49,832 nucleotides of DNA from Staphylococcus epidermidis. Its GTDB lineage: Bacteria > Bacillota_I > Bacilli_A > RFN20 > CAG-826. Numbering within the stretch: position 1 is the stretch's first letter; each line of letters begins with the position of its first letter. Shown here piece after piece: positions 28,533 through 36,369 of this stretch. Under the pieces are notes generated by a model. It worked only from the letters and a program-made list of their open reading frames with translations. It had not been told where the DNA came from and did no database searches. The stretch spans positions 1 through 49,832 of the forward strand of contig CAMCVC010000002.1 in the NCBI GenBank assembly GCA_945879785.1, written 5' to 3'. The translations under genes and the position numbers were made by a program.

Positions 28533-29130
28533 ATACCTATCGACCCAACGTTTACGATGGCTGACGTTGGTGGGGATGATGTCTGCCCTGACCTATATCC
28601 TTTATTTACCGATCTTTCGTATACCGATTATCTTGTTTTTAGAACTTAACTTATCGGAAATCGTTATCTTTATTGGTGGTTTTTCTCTTGGACCGTTAGC
28701 GGCAATCTTTATTGGTTTGTTTCGATTTTTATTTTCACTTTTTTACACGACCACGGGTGGGATTGGTGAGCTCGCTGACTTTTTCTATTCGATGGCATTT
28801 GTGTTACCTGGGGTCATCCTTTATCAACGGCATCGTGATAAAAAAACTGCCTCGATTGGATTTATCATCGGGTTTATCAGTCAGTTAACCGTTACCTCGT
28901 TGCTGAATGCCTTGATCATCACAGATTTATACCTGACCTTATTTTTAAACTTAACCCCAGAAGCATTTTTGGGTTACATTCAAACCGTCCTACCGCAAGT
29001 GGAAAACCCTTATTGGTCTTTGGTGCTTTGGATGTATTTGCCTTTTAATGTTTTTAAAAATCTCGTGATTATTGCGTTAACACTGTTCACCTATAAGCGA
29101 ACGCATCGATTGATTAAAAAATTTAAGTAA
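28519..29130 (+). CDS. ECF-transporter substrate-specific (S) component, substrate unknown
   Basis: Start trimmed to the ATG at 28519. About 203 aa with 5-6 TM helices. The size and hydrophobicity pattern fit ECF S components (RibU/FolT-like). Overlaps the parB stop. Confidence 0.6.
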   Translation: MEKNKYLSTQRLRWLTLVGMMSALTYILYLPIFRIPIILFLELNLSEIVIFIGGFSLGPLAAIFIGLFRFLFSLFYTTTGGIGELADFFYSMAFVLPGVILYQRHRDKKTASIGFIIGFISQLTVTSLLNALIITDLYLTLFLNLTPEAFLGYIQTVLPQVENPYWSLVLWMYLPFNVFKNLVIIALTLFTYKRTHRLIKKFK

Positions 29131-29131
29131 G

Positions 29132-29329
29132 TTATTTAACTTCAATGGCAGCGGTTGGGCAACTAATTTTTGCTTCTTCAACCTCGGATTCTTTACCGGA
29201 AGGAACAAGCGTAACAATCGCTTTCATTTTTCCATCATCATCCCAATCAAACACAGAAGGAACCATGGCGTTACATAAGCCACATGCGATGCAAAGATCT
29301 TTAATGATTAATGGTTTTTTTGGGTCCAT
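29132..29329 (-). CDS. Small single-cluster [4Fe-4S]/[3Fe-4S] ferredoxin
   Basis: 65 aa. CIACGLC ... CP cysteine pattern and acidic composition. Confidence 0.85.
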   Translation of the reverse strand: MDPKKPLIIKDLCIACGLCNAMVPSVFDWDDDGKMKAIVTLVPSGKESEVEEAKISCPTAAIEVK

Positions 29330-29387
29330 GAACCTATTATAATGAAGAAGTTAAGGATAAACTACTGTAAACAATCAACCAACATTT

Positions 29388-29612
29388 ATGTGGAACAATC
29401 AAAAACCAACTCGAATAAAGAAATTTGCTAGGTATCGCCAAGCCATTTTAAGAATGAATCCTGAACGTTTATCCAATAAACAAGTCTTTCTTGCTGAAGA
29501 TAGCAACGAAAACTCATCTTTTAAGCCGATTCAAATCTTCATGTGGTTGTTGGGCGCAGGGGTCATCATTTTACTCATCTTGGTGGTTGCTTTGGTATAC
29601 TTTGGAAGATGA
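29388..29612 (+). CDS. Hypothetical small tail-anchored membrane protein
   Basis: 74 aa. Basic N-terminus and a single C-terminal TM (IFMWLLGAGVIILLILVVALVYF). Its stop overlaps the cmk start (ATGA). No clear SD. Confidence 0.45.
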   Translation: MWNNQKPTRIKKFARYRQAILRMNPERLSNKQVFLAEDSNENSSFKPIQIFMWLLGAGVIILLILVVALVYFGR

Positions 29613-30286
29613 AAAACAAACTGATCATTGCGATTGATGGTCCTGCTGCTGCAGGAAAGTCAACCGTAGCAAAATTAGTCGCTAAACAACTCAATATTAC
29701 CTATATCGATACCGGGGCCATGTATCGTGCTTTCACCCTCTATGTCATGCGCCAAGGCGTTGATCCGCAAAACCAAGCTGCTGCAGAAGCGTTTATTGCC
29801 AACGTTAAGATTACCTTATCACCCACCGGTGAAGTATTTTTAAATGGAGAGAATGTCGCTTCAGAAATTCGTGAACCTAAGGTATCAAGTCAAGTCTCCT
29901 ACATTGCTTCTTATAAATCCATTCGCTTAGCCCTTGTTGACTTTCAACGCCACATGGCTGGGAATCAATCGGTGGTGATGGATGGTCGTGATATCGGAAC
30001 CTATGTTCTTCCGGAAGCCAACATTAAGATTTTCCAGATTGCCTCCGTGGAAACAAGAGCGGTTAGACGATATGAAGAAAACTTAGCAAAAGGCATCATT
30101 TGCACACTGGATAGTGTGGAAGAAGATTTACGTCATCGAGACTATATTGATTCCCATCGTGAATTTGCTCCATTAAAGCCTGCTTCGGATTCCATTTTGA
30201 TTGATACCTCATTCATGACTGTCAATGAAGTGGTTGAACGGATTTTAGACATCGTTCACAAAAAAGTAGGCGTTGCCCATGGTTAA
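29609..30286 (+). CDS. cmk: Cytidylate kinase
   Basis: Start trimmed to the ATG at 29609. P-loop IAIDGPAAAGKST and DTGAMYR. Confidence 0.93.
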   Translation: MKNKLIIAIDGPAAAGKSTVAKLVAKQLNITYIDTGAMYRAFTLYVMRQGVDPQNQAAAEAFIANVKITLSPTGEVFLNGENVASEIREPKVSSQVSYIASYKSIRLALVDFQRHMAGNQSVVMDGRDIGTYVLPEANIKIFQIASVETRAVRRYEENLAKGIICTLDSVEEDLRHRDYIDSHREFAPLKPASDSILIDTSFMTVNEVVERILDIVHKKVGVAHG

Positions 30287-31589
30287 GGGTATTGTCGCCA
30301 TCGTTGGTGCACCCAACGTTGGTAAATCCACACTTTTTAATCGTATTATTGGTAAACGCCAAGCCATCACCGATGACACCCCTGGATTGACCCGGGATCG
30401 AATTTATGCGGAAGCAGAATGGTTAACCGTTTCCTTTCGCCTGATTGATACTGGTGGTATTGAAGTCACCAAACGACCTTTCCAAGAACTGATTCGGATT
30501 CAGGCAAGCATTGCCATTCAAGAAGCGGACGTCATTATTTATCTTCTTGATGGCCGAAAAGGAATCAACGCCGATGATTTGCTTGTCGCTTCCATTTTAT
30601 TTAAATCAGGAAAGTCAATCATCTTGGCAGTGAATAAAATTGATGATGGTCAATTGATGGTCGACATCAATGATTATTATCGATTGGGGATTGGTTCGCC
30701 GATTCCGATTTCAACCCTTCACGGGATTGGGGTTGGTGATTTGTTAGATGCGGTGATTAAACAATTACCTAAAGATAAAGAAATTCCTAGCTATGATGGC
30801 CATTTGAAATTCGCTGTGGTCGGTCGACCCAATGTTGGTAAATCAAGTTTAGTGAATGCCATTCTCCAACAAGAACGCGTGATTGTTTCTCCTATCGAAG
30901 GAACCACTCGTGATGCCATCGATACAACCTTTCAATTTGAAGGTACGGATTATGTCATGATTGATACCGCTGGGTTAAAAAAACGTGGGGCCATTTTTGA
31001 ATCGATTGATAAGTATGCTGCGATTCGCTCCTTAAGGGCAATTGAACGGGCTCAAGTGGTCGTGGTCACCATCAATGCTGAAGATGGTTTACTAGAACAA
31101 GATAAGCACATCGTCGGATTTGCTTTTCAAGCGTATAAAGGAATGGTCCTGGTGGTTAACAAATGGGATCTAGCGAAAAAAGGCGATCGCGATATGCATC
31201 AGTACACCATCAAACTAAGACTGCTTATGCCATTTTTAGAATTCGTTCCTATTCTTTATACTTCTGCGTTAAAGAAAACGCGATTAGATGCTGTCATCAA
31301 AACCGTCAAACAAGTCTATGAAGCAACCCAACGTAGAGTCTCAACCGCTCGCTTAAACGAATTGCTTGTGGATGCTCAATTAATGAATCAAACCCCAGAA
31401 TTTAATGGTGGTCGATTAAGAATTTATTATGGTGAACAAGTTAGTCAAAACCCACCAACCTTCATTATGTTTTGTAATAAACCAACCTTTATGCATTTTT
31501 CTTATCAACGCTTTTTAGAAAACCGGCTTCGAGAAAGTTTTGACTTTACCGGGACACCGATTAAAATTATCAATAGGGAAAGAAAATGA
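30279..31589 (+). CDS. der: Ribosome-biogenesis GTPase Der (EngA)
   Basis: Two tandem G domains (GAPNVGKSTLFN and GRPNVGKSSLVN) plus a KH-like C-terminus. I prefer the ATG at 30279 over the TTG at 30273. Confidence 0.95.
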   Translation: MVKGIVAIVGAPNVGKSTLFNRIIGKRQAITDDTPGLTRDRIYAEAEWLTVSFRLIDTGGIEVTKRPFQELIRIQASIAIQEADVIIYLLDGRKGINADDLLVASILFKSGKSIILAVNKIDDGQLMVDINDYYRLGIGSPIPISTLHGIGVGDLLDAVIKQLPKDKEIPSYDGHLKFAVVGRPNVGKSSLVNAILQQERVIVSPIEGTTRDAIDTTFQFEGTDYVMIDTAGLKKRGAIFESIDKYAAIRSLRAIERAQVVVVTINAEDGLLEQDKHIVGFAFQAYKGMVLVVNKWDLAKKGDRDMHQYTIKLRLLMPFLEFVPILYTSALKKTRLDAVIKTVKQVYEATQRRVSTARLNELLVDAQLMNQTPEFNGGRLRIYYGEQVSQNPPTFIMFCNKPTFMHFSYQRFLENRLRESFDFTGTPIKIINRERK

Positions 31590-32590
31590 AAACTAAAATT
31601 ACCATCCTTGGTGCTGGGTCTTGGGGAACCGCTCTTGCCCTTGTTCTTGCCGATAATGGCAACCAAGTGACCATCTATTCAAAAAATTCAAAGGTCTGTG
31701 ATGAAATCAATCATAAGCACACCAATTCAAATTATTTTGACGAAGTATTTTTATTACCAACTTCAATTGTTGCTACTTGCGACCTATCCCAAGCCATCCA
31801 GGAGACCCAACTTATTCTCTTATCCGTTCCTTCATCTTCGGTCAGATCATTGGTTAGTTCAATCATCCCATTGTTAAAAACAAAAACACTGTTTATCAAT
31901 ACGGCTAAAGGATTTGATCCTACAACCAATGATCGTTTATCGGAAACCATTCGGCGTTTGGTTCCCAAAAAATTTCTTCTTGGCGTGGTTAGTTTGATTG
32001 GTCCTTCTCATGCAGAAGAAGTGATCAATCGCCAATTAACTTTGGTGTCTGCTGTCAGCAAGTATAGCCATTTAGCAGAACAAATTTCTCAACTTTTTTC
32101 CAATGAATACTTTCGAGTCTACATTCAAAAAGATGAGATTGGTTCTGAAGTAGGATCCGCCTTAAAAAATGTGATTGCCATTGCCAGTGGCGTTGTTACA
32201 GGTTTAAAACTTGGTGATAATGCTCGAGCAGCGTTGGTGACAAGAGGCTTAACCGAATTGATGCAATTAGGAAAAGTGTTGGGCGGAAAATTAAAAACTC
32301 TTGCAGGACTAACTGGGTTAGGCGACTTGATTGTTACCTGCTATTCTAAACATTCTCGTAACTATCAAGCTGGCATCAAAATCGGAAAAGACAATAGTGC
32401 TGAACCTTTTCTTACCACCAATCAAAAGACGGTTGAAGGGGTTGCTTTTGCTAAAATCGCTCATCAACTTGCAAAAAAATATCGCTTAAAATTACCAATC
32501 ATAGAAGCGGTTTATGCCGTTTTGTACGACAAAAAAAGACCTTCAGACTTAATTAAAACCTTAATGAATCGTCCGTTGAAAGTTGAATAA
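31586..32590 (+). CDS. gpsA: NAD(P)H-dependent glycerol-3-phosphate dehydrogenase
   Basis: 334 aa. Rossmann motif ILGAGSWGTALA and GLGDLIVTC. ATGA overlap with der. Confidence 0.95.
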   Translation: MKTKITILGAGSWGTALALVLADNGNQVTIYSKNSKVCDEINHKHTNSNYFDEVFLLPTSIVATCDLSQAIQETQLILLSVPSSSVRSLVSSIIPLLKTKTLFINTAKGFDPTTNDRLSETIRRLVPKKFLLGVVSLIGPSHAEEVINRQLTLVSAVSKYSHLAEQISQLFSNEYFRVYIQKDEIGSEVGSALKNVIAIASGVVTGLKLGDNARAALVTRGLTELMQLGKVLGGKLKTLAGLTGLGDLIVTCYSKHSRNYQAGIKIGKDNSAEPFLTTNQKTVEGVAFAKIAHQLAKKYRLKLPIIEAVYAVLYDKKRPSDLIKTLMNRPLKVE

Positions 32591-32703
32591 AAAACCTAAC
32601 CTTAGTGTTTGTCAAGATTGTTTAGAATCTGACGTGATGAAATATAGTTGCATTAATTTCGTGCCTATGCTACTTTATGCATAGAAAGATCTAGGAGGAA
32701 TAT

Positions 32704-32976
32704 ATGAACAAAGTAGATCTAGTGGAAGTCGTCGCCAAGGAAACAGGACACAGTAAGAAAGATTCTGAAAAAGTCCTCGAAGTCGTCTTAGGTGCTTTAA
32801 CCAAAGCCTTAAGCAAAGGCCAACCAGTGAAGTTAGCTGGATTTGGTGCGTTCACCGTCCGCAATCGTAAGGCCCGCATTGGTGTTAAGCCAGGAACTAC
32901 TGAAAAAATCAAAATTCCTGCAACCAAAGTCGTTGGTTTCAAAGCCAGCAAGACCTTAAAAGAAAAAGTTCGCTAG
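32704..32976 (+). CDS. hup: HU-family nucleoid-associated DNA-binding protein
   Basis: 90 aa. MNKVDLVEVVAKE... and GFGAFTVRNRKARIGVKPGT. SD AGGAGG. Confidence 0.95.
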   Translation: MNKVDLVEVVAKETGHSKKDSEKVLEVVLGALTKALSKGQPVKLAGFGAFTVRNRKARIGVKPGTTEKIKIPATKVVGFKASKTLKEKVR

Positions 32977-32997
32977 ACTTCAGTTAGCAAACTTACG

Positions 32998-33030
32998 GGG
33001 ATAGATGTCACAAGCATCTATCCCTTTTTT
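32998..33030 (+). terminator. Rho-independent terminator after hup
   Basis: 10-bp stem GGGATAGATG / CATCTATCCC, a 7-nt loop, then TTTTTT. Confidence 0.8.
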
Positions 33031-33046
33031 ATTTGGAATTAGATTT

Positions 33047-33055
33047 TGTTATGAT
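33047..33055 (+). promoter_or_regulatory. Extended -10 element (TGtTATGAT) 6 nt upstream of the cca-like ATG
   Basis: TGTTATGAT at 33047-33055. There is no SD between it and the ATG at 33062. Confidence 0.35.
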
Positions 33056-33061
33056 ATTAAC

Positions 33062-33724
33062 ATGCGATTAAAACCATTCATTGATTTAGCTACAGTCTTT
33101 CAAACTCATGGGTTTCGTTTATGGTTGATTGGTGGAAGCACCAGAGATTATTTACTCAACCGACCTGTGCTTGATTTTGATTTAACCACGGATGCTTTGC
33201 CAACCCAAATGCAAACCTTTCTTCCCAATGCCAATTTCCGGTTCGCGCATTATGGAACTGTGCAAATGAAACAAGATCAGTATTCCATTGATATCACCAC
33301 CTTAAGACAAGAATCGTTATATCAAGATAAGCGCCATCCTCAATCCATTTCTTTTGTCAAAGAACCGAAACTGGATTATTCAAGACGTGATCTAACCATC
33401 AATGCGATTTATATGGATGCCAAGTCCAACATTTTAGACTTTGCCCACGGACAAGAAGACTTAAGTCAAAAAATATTACGGATGATTGGCGATCCTTATC
33501 TTCGTATTCAAGAAGATCCGTTAAGAATCTTGCGCGTGATTCGGTTTCAGCATTCATTAGGTTTTACTTTAGAATCAACCTTAGCAAAAGCGCTGCAACA
33601 AAGTTTACCTTTGCTTGATTATTTAAATCCGCAAAAAGTAAAACAAGAACTCAATAAAATGTTAGTGCATCAACCCTATGAAGCTAAATTACTCTTAGCC
33701 TCCTATGGGATTCAAACAGATTAA
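33062..33724 (+). CDS. cca: Class II tRNA nucleotidyltransferase (CCA-adding/poly(A) polymerase family), short head-neck-only form
   Basis: Start trimmed to the ATG at 33062, because the track start at 33005 lies inside the hup terminator. Motif A GGSTRDYLL..DFDLTT, motif B RRDLTINA, motif D EDPLRILR. Only 220 aa. Confidence 0.8.
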   Translation: MRLKPFIDLATVFQTHGFRLWLIGGSTRDYLLNRPVLDFDLTTDALPTQMQTFLPNANFRFAHYGTVQMKQDQYSIDITTLRQESLYQDKRHPQSISFVKEPKLDYSRRDLTINAIYMDAKSNILDFAHGQEDLSQKILRMIGDPYLRIQEDPLRILRVIRFQHSLGFTLESTLAKALQQSLPLLDYLNPQKVKQELNKMLVHQPYEAKLLLASYGIQTD

Positions 33725-33732
33725 AGCATCTT

Positions 33733-33741
33733 TGCTATAAT
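33733..33741 (+). promoter_or_regulatory. Extended -10 element (TGcTATAAT) 9 nt upstream of the dnaD ATG
   Basis: TGCTATAAT at 33733-33741. There is no SD before the ATG at 33751. Confidence 0.4.
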
Positions 33742-33750
33742 GTCTTCAAT

Positions 33751-34398
33751 ATGGATACGATGTTTGAAGCAATTGATTTAAAATATTTGTTATTAGAGCA
33801 TTATAAGACATTAGGTTTTCAAGAAAAACATGTCATGGTTATTTTCATGATGGATCAACTCATGAAACAAGAAAATCATCTGGTGACTGCAGAACTATTA
33901 AGTTTAAAAATGGCGATGCCGATCGAAGAGATTGATAGCGTCATGGTGGAATTGCTTGACCGCCAACTTTTAGAGTTTTCCACCGTTGAAGGAAAAACAT
34001 CAACATCATTAAAGCCATTAAAGCAATTGCTCTATAAGCGATTCCAGCAACAAGTCCTTCATCAAACCCAGGTCGTCAATGGCGATGATCAAGCGAGCAT
34101 TTTTCAAAGCGTTGAAAAAGCGTTTGGTCGAACGTTATCGCCTTTAGAAATTTCTCGGATTCAAGATTGGCTCAATTTTGGTTATAGCCCGGCATTAATT
34201 CAAACGAGTTTACAAGATGCCATCACCAAGCAAAAGAAGTCGATTCGCCATATGGATAAATATTTACAAAAACAAACCACCAAAGAAAACTTTGCCCAGG
34301 AAGGGACATCTCCTGGTGGAACCCAATCTCAAGACGTCCAACGGACCATTCAACAAATCAACCAAAAAATAGATGATGGATTTAAAGGTAAAAAATAG
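33751..34398 (+). CDS. dnaD: DnaD-domain replication initiation/primosome protein
   Basis: 215 aa. The C-terminal DnaD/DnaB_2-type repeat FGRTLSPLEISRIQDWLNFGYSPALIQTSL. It sits upstream of nth, as in Bacillus. Confidence 0.8.
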   Translation: MDTMFEAIDLKYLLLEHYKTLGFQEKHVMVIFMMDQLMKQENHLVTAELLSLKMAMPIEEIDSVMVELLDRQLLEFSTVEGKTSTSLKPLKQLLYKRFQQQVLHQTQVVNGDDQASIFQSVEKAFGRTLSPLEISRIQDWLNFGYSPALIQTSLQDAITKQKKSIRHMDKYLQKQTTKENFAQEGTSPGGTQSQDVQRTIQQINQKIDDGFKGKK

Positions 34399-35017
34399 CA
34401 TCCTTGCATACCTCGATCAACAATATCCAAACGTCGGATGTGAGTTGTGGTATCGAAAGGACTATGAGTTATTGATTGCCGTGGTTTTATCCGCACAAAC
34501 CACCGATCAGGCAGTGAATCAAGTGACCCCTGTCTTATTTCAACGTTTTCCGACATTGAAAGCTTTGGCAAACGCCAAGCTCAAGGACATTGAAGCAGTG
34601 ATTCAAACCATCGGTTTGTTTAGAACCAAAGCCAAACATATTCACCAGCTTGCCAACATCCTGATTGAACAGTATCAAGGACGAGTCCCATCCGATAAAG
34701 CGGCATTGACCTCCTTACCAGGGGTTGGTAATAAAACCGCGAATGTTGTCCGCGCGGAAATTTTTAAAATACCAGAGATTGCCGTGGATACGCATGTCCA
34801 TCGTTTAGCTCGTCGACTTGGATTTACTAATAGAAATGATGATGTCACCATCACCGAAGCAAAATTAAGAAAAGCCATTCCTGAATCACGCTACATTCAA
34901 CTTCATCATCAATTTATTCATTTTGGTCGTTATGCCTGCAAAGCGAAAAAACCAATGTGCCAAAGTTGTGGCTTAGTTGCCTACTGCAAAGAACCCAATA
35001 AAAATTTAGAAGAATAG
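34373..35017 (+). CDS. nth: Endonuclease III (DNA glycosylase/AP lyase)
   Basis: 214 aa. HhH-GPD motif LTSLPGVGNKTANVV..VDTHV. Fe-S cluster loop CKAKKPMCQSCGLVAYC. Confidence 0.93.
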   Translation: MMDLKVKNSILAYLDQQYPNVGCELWYRKDYELLIAVVLSAQTTDQAVNQVTPVLFQRFPTLKALANAKLKDIEAVIQTIGLFRTKAKHIHQLANILIEQYQGRVPSDKAALTSLPGVGNKTANVVRAEIFKIPEIAVDTHVHRLARRLGFTNRNDDVTITEAKLRKAIPESRYIQLHHQFIHFGRYACKAKKPMCQSCGLVAYCKEPNKNLEE

Positions 35018-35590
35018 CTCGTCGACTGCTTTCAGATAATCTAATCGTGGTTGAAATTGAATGTTGACACGTTTCCCTTTGGATTGAATCCATTCGTAAG
35101 GTAAGGACTGACGTTTTTCTTTGTCTGTGAAAGTTAAGAAGTCTTTAGCGGATAACACATACACTTCATCTCGTTTAGAAAATGAAATGAGCAAAAAGGC
35201 AATCCCACCTTGATGAACGATTTCTTTTAAATGCTCACGTTGATGAACGGTGATATTGGCAATGGCAAGCGCGGTATTGGATTGCGTAGACTTCGCTTCA
35301 AAATCCACATACTTTCCACGATAGATGCCGTTGTAATCGGTGGTTGATTGTTTTTCAAAATAAGCATGGGTGATTTTTGCGCCTTGCTGATAATCGACTT
35401 TCACCACATTGATCGGGGTTGGTCTTTTGGTGATGACCGCTCGTTGGGCTTGCAAATAAAATTGATTAGAAAGATTAATTTCATTTTCAAAGTTCATCCC
35501 GCGGTTTTTATAAGAATTAACCTTGAGGGTTTTGATGGGTTGGTTTTTAGCCGGTACCTTTTTTTTAATCCCAGCAGGGTAGCCGATCAT
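35006..35590 (-). CDS. recU: Holliday junction resolvase RecU
   Basis: 194 aa. NRGMNFENEIN, KRPTPINVVKV and STTDYNGIYRGKYVDFEAKST are typical of RecU. Confidence 0.9.
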   Translation of the reverse strand: MIGYPAGIKKKVPAKNQPIKTLKVNSYKNRGMNFENEINLSNQFYLQAQRAVITKRPTPINVVKVDYQQGAKITHAYFEKQSTTDYNGIYRGKYVDFEAKSTQSNTALAIANITVHQREHLKEIVHQGGIAFLLISFSKRDEVYVLSAKDFLTFTDKEKRQSLPYEWIQSKGKRVNIQFQPRLDYLKAVDELFF

Positions 35591-36312
35591 CCTAAATAGT
35601 CCTTGACCAAACCGATCAACATGGGTTTATCCACGGGTTGATCATTTAAAATCTTTTGTAACATTTGCTTGACGGGTTCTGGCACGTGACGAAGTTGTTT
35701 AAACACCTTTAAATATTCTTCAAGGATGATGGATTGATGCTCAAGAACACGACGATACAACAGCATCAAATTCTTTGCGTCATCCAATGGTTGATGATGC
35801 TCACCTTGAAAATTCTCCTTAAATACCAATAGGTTGTTAATTAAAGATAAGGGATTACCGTTTTGATCTTTGATGAATTCACCAATAAAACTAGAGTAAT
35901 CAATCAGGTTTTGGGTGACCGTTTTGACAATGGATTCGTCGGCATCTGGGGAATGATGAAAAGACTGATGAAGAATGCGTGCATCATGATTGCCAAAGAC
36001 AACAAATGACGCTTTCTTAAAGTTTTTCCCGACATAATTTCTTAACGTCATCATCGATTTTGCATAACTAATACCTTTGTCGACCACATCGACTTCGGTA
36101 ATGTTGGTAAGTTTAGTCACGTATCGGCCGACTTCTTTTTTTGGCCTGACTAAGTGGGTGATGCCTTTATAGGTTTTTTTAATGGTTAAATCTTCATTTA
36201 AATCCGCTTTGATTGCTGCAAGGGCAATCAATTCATGGGATTGTTGGGTTCCCTCTAAATCTAGAAAGACAAGGGTTCGATGATGACCAATTAATCGAGC
36301 AAGCTTTTTCAT
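35587..36312 (-). CDS. DEDDh-family 3'-5' exonuclease (DnaQ/KapD-like) with C-terminal extension
   Basis: 241 aa. Exo I FLDLEGT, Exo II GNHDARIL, Exo III HHQPLDDAKNL. ATGA stop/start overlap with recU. Confidence 0.75.
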   Translation of the reverse strand: MKKLARLIGHHRTLVFLDLEGTQQSHELIALAAIKADLNEDLTIKKTYKGITHLVRPKKEVGRYVTKLTNITEVDVVDKGISYAKSMMTLRNYVGKNFKKASFVVFGNHDARILHQSFHHSPDADESIVKTVTQNLIDYSSFIGEFIKDQNGNPLSLINNLLVFKENFQGEHHQPLDDAKNLMLLYRRVLEHQSIILEEYLKVFKQLRHVPEPVKQMLQKILNDQPVDKPMLIGLVKDYLG

Positions 36313-36354
36313 ATAACCCTCATATTATATCATCCACTTTCTAATTGAATCCTT

Positions 36355-36360
36355 TATAAT
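36355..36360 (+). promoter_or_regulatory. TATAAT -10 box 9-12 nt upstream of the gpsB start
   Basis: TATAAT at 36355-36360. There is no SD before GTG 36370 / ATG 36373. Confidence 0.35.
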
Positions 36361-36369
36361 ATTGTTAAT

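Noticed and set aside
33005-33061. N-terminal extensions in the longest-ORF track. This one begins inside the hup terminator. Others start at 16187..17821 (minus strand), 19633, 20450, 22490, 27588, 28495, 29543, 37079, 43590, 47735 and 48673.
   Set aside because: In each case an internal ATG sits 6-10 nt behind a GGAGG-like SD, or in an ATGA overlap with the upstream stop, and the conserved protein N-terminus begins there (for example MSKLEIKNL for SufC and MKNKLIIAIDGP for Cmk). The extensions overlap upstream genes or terminators.
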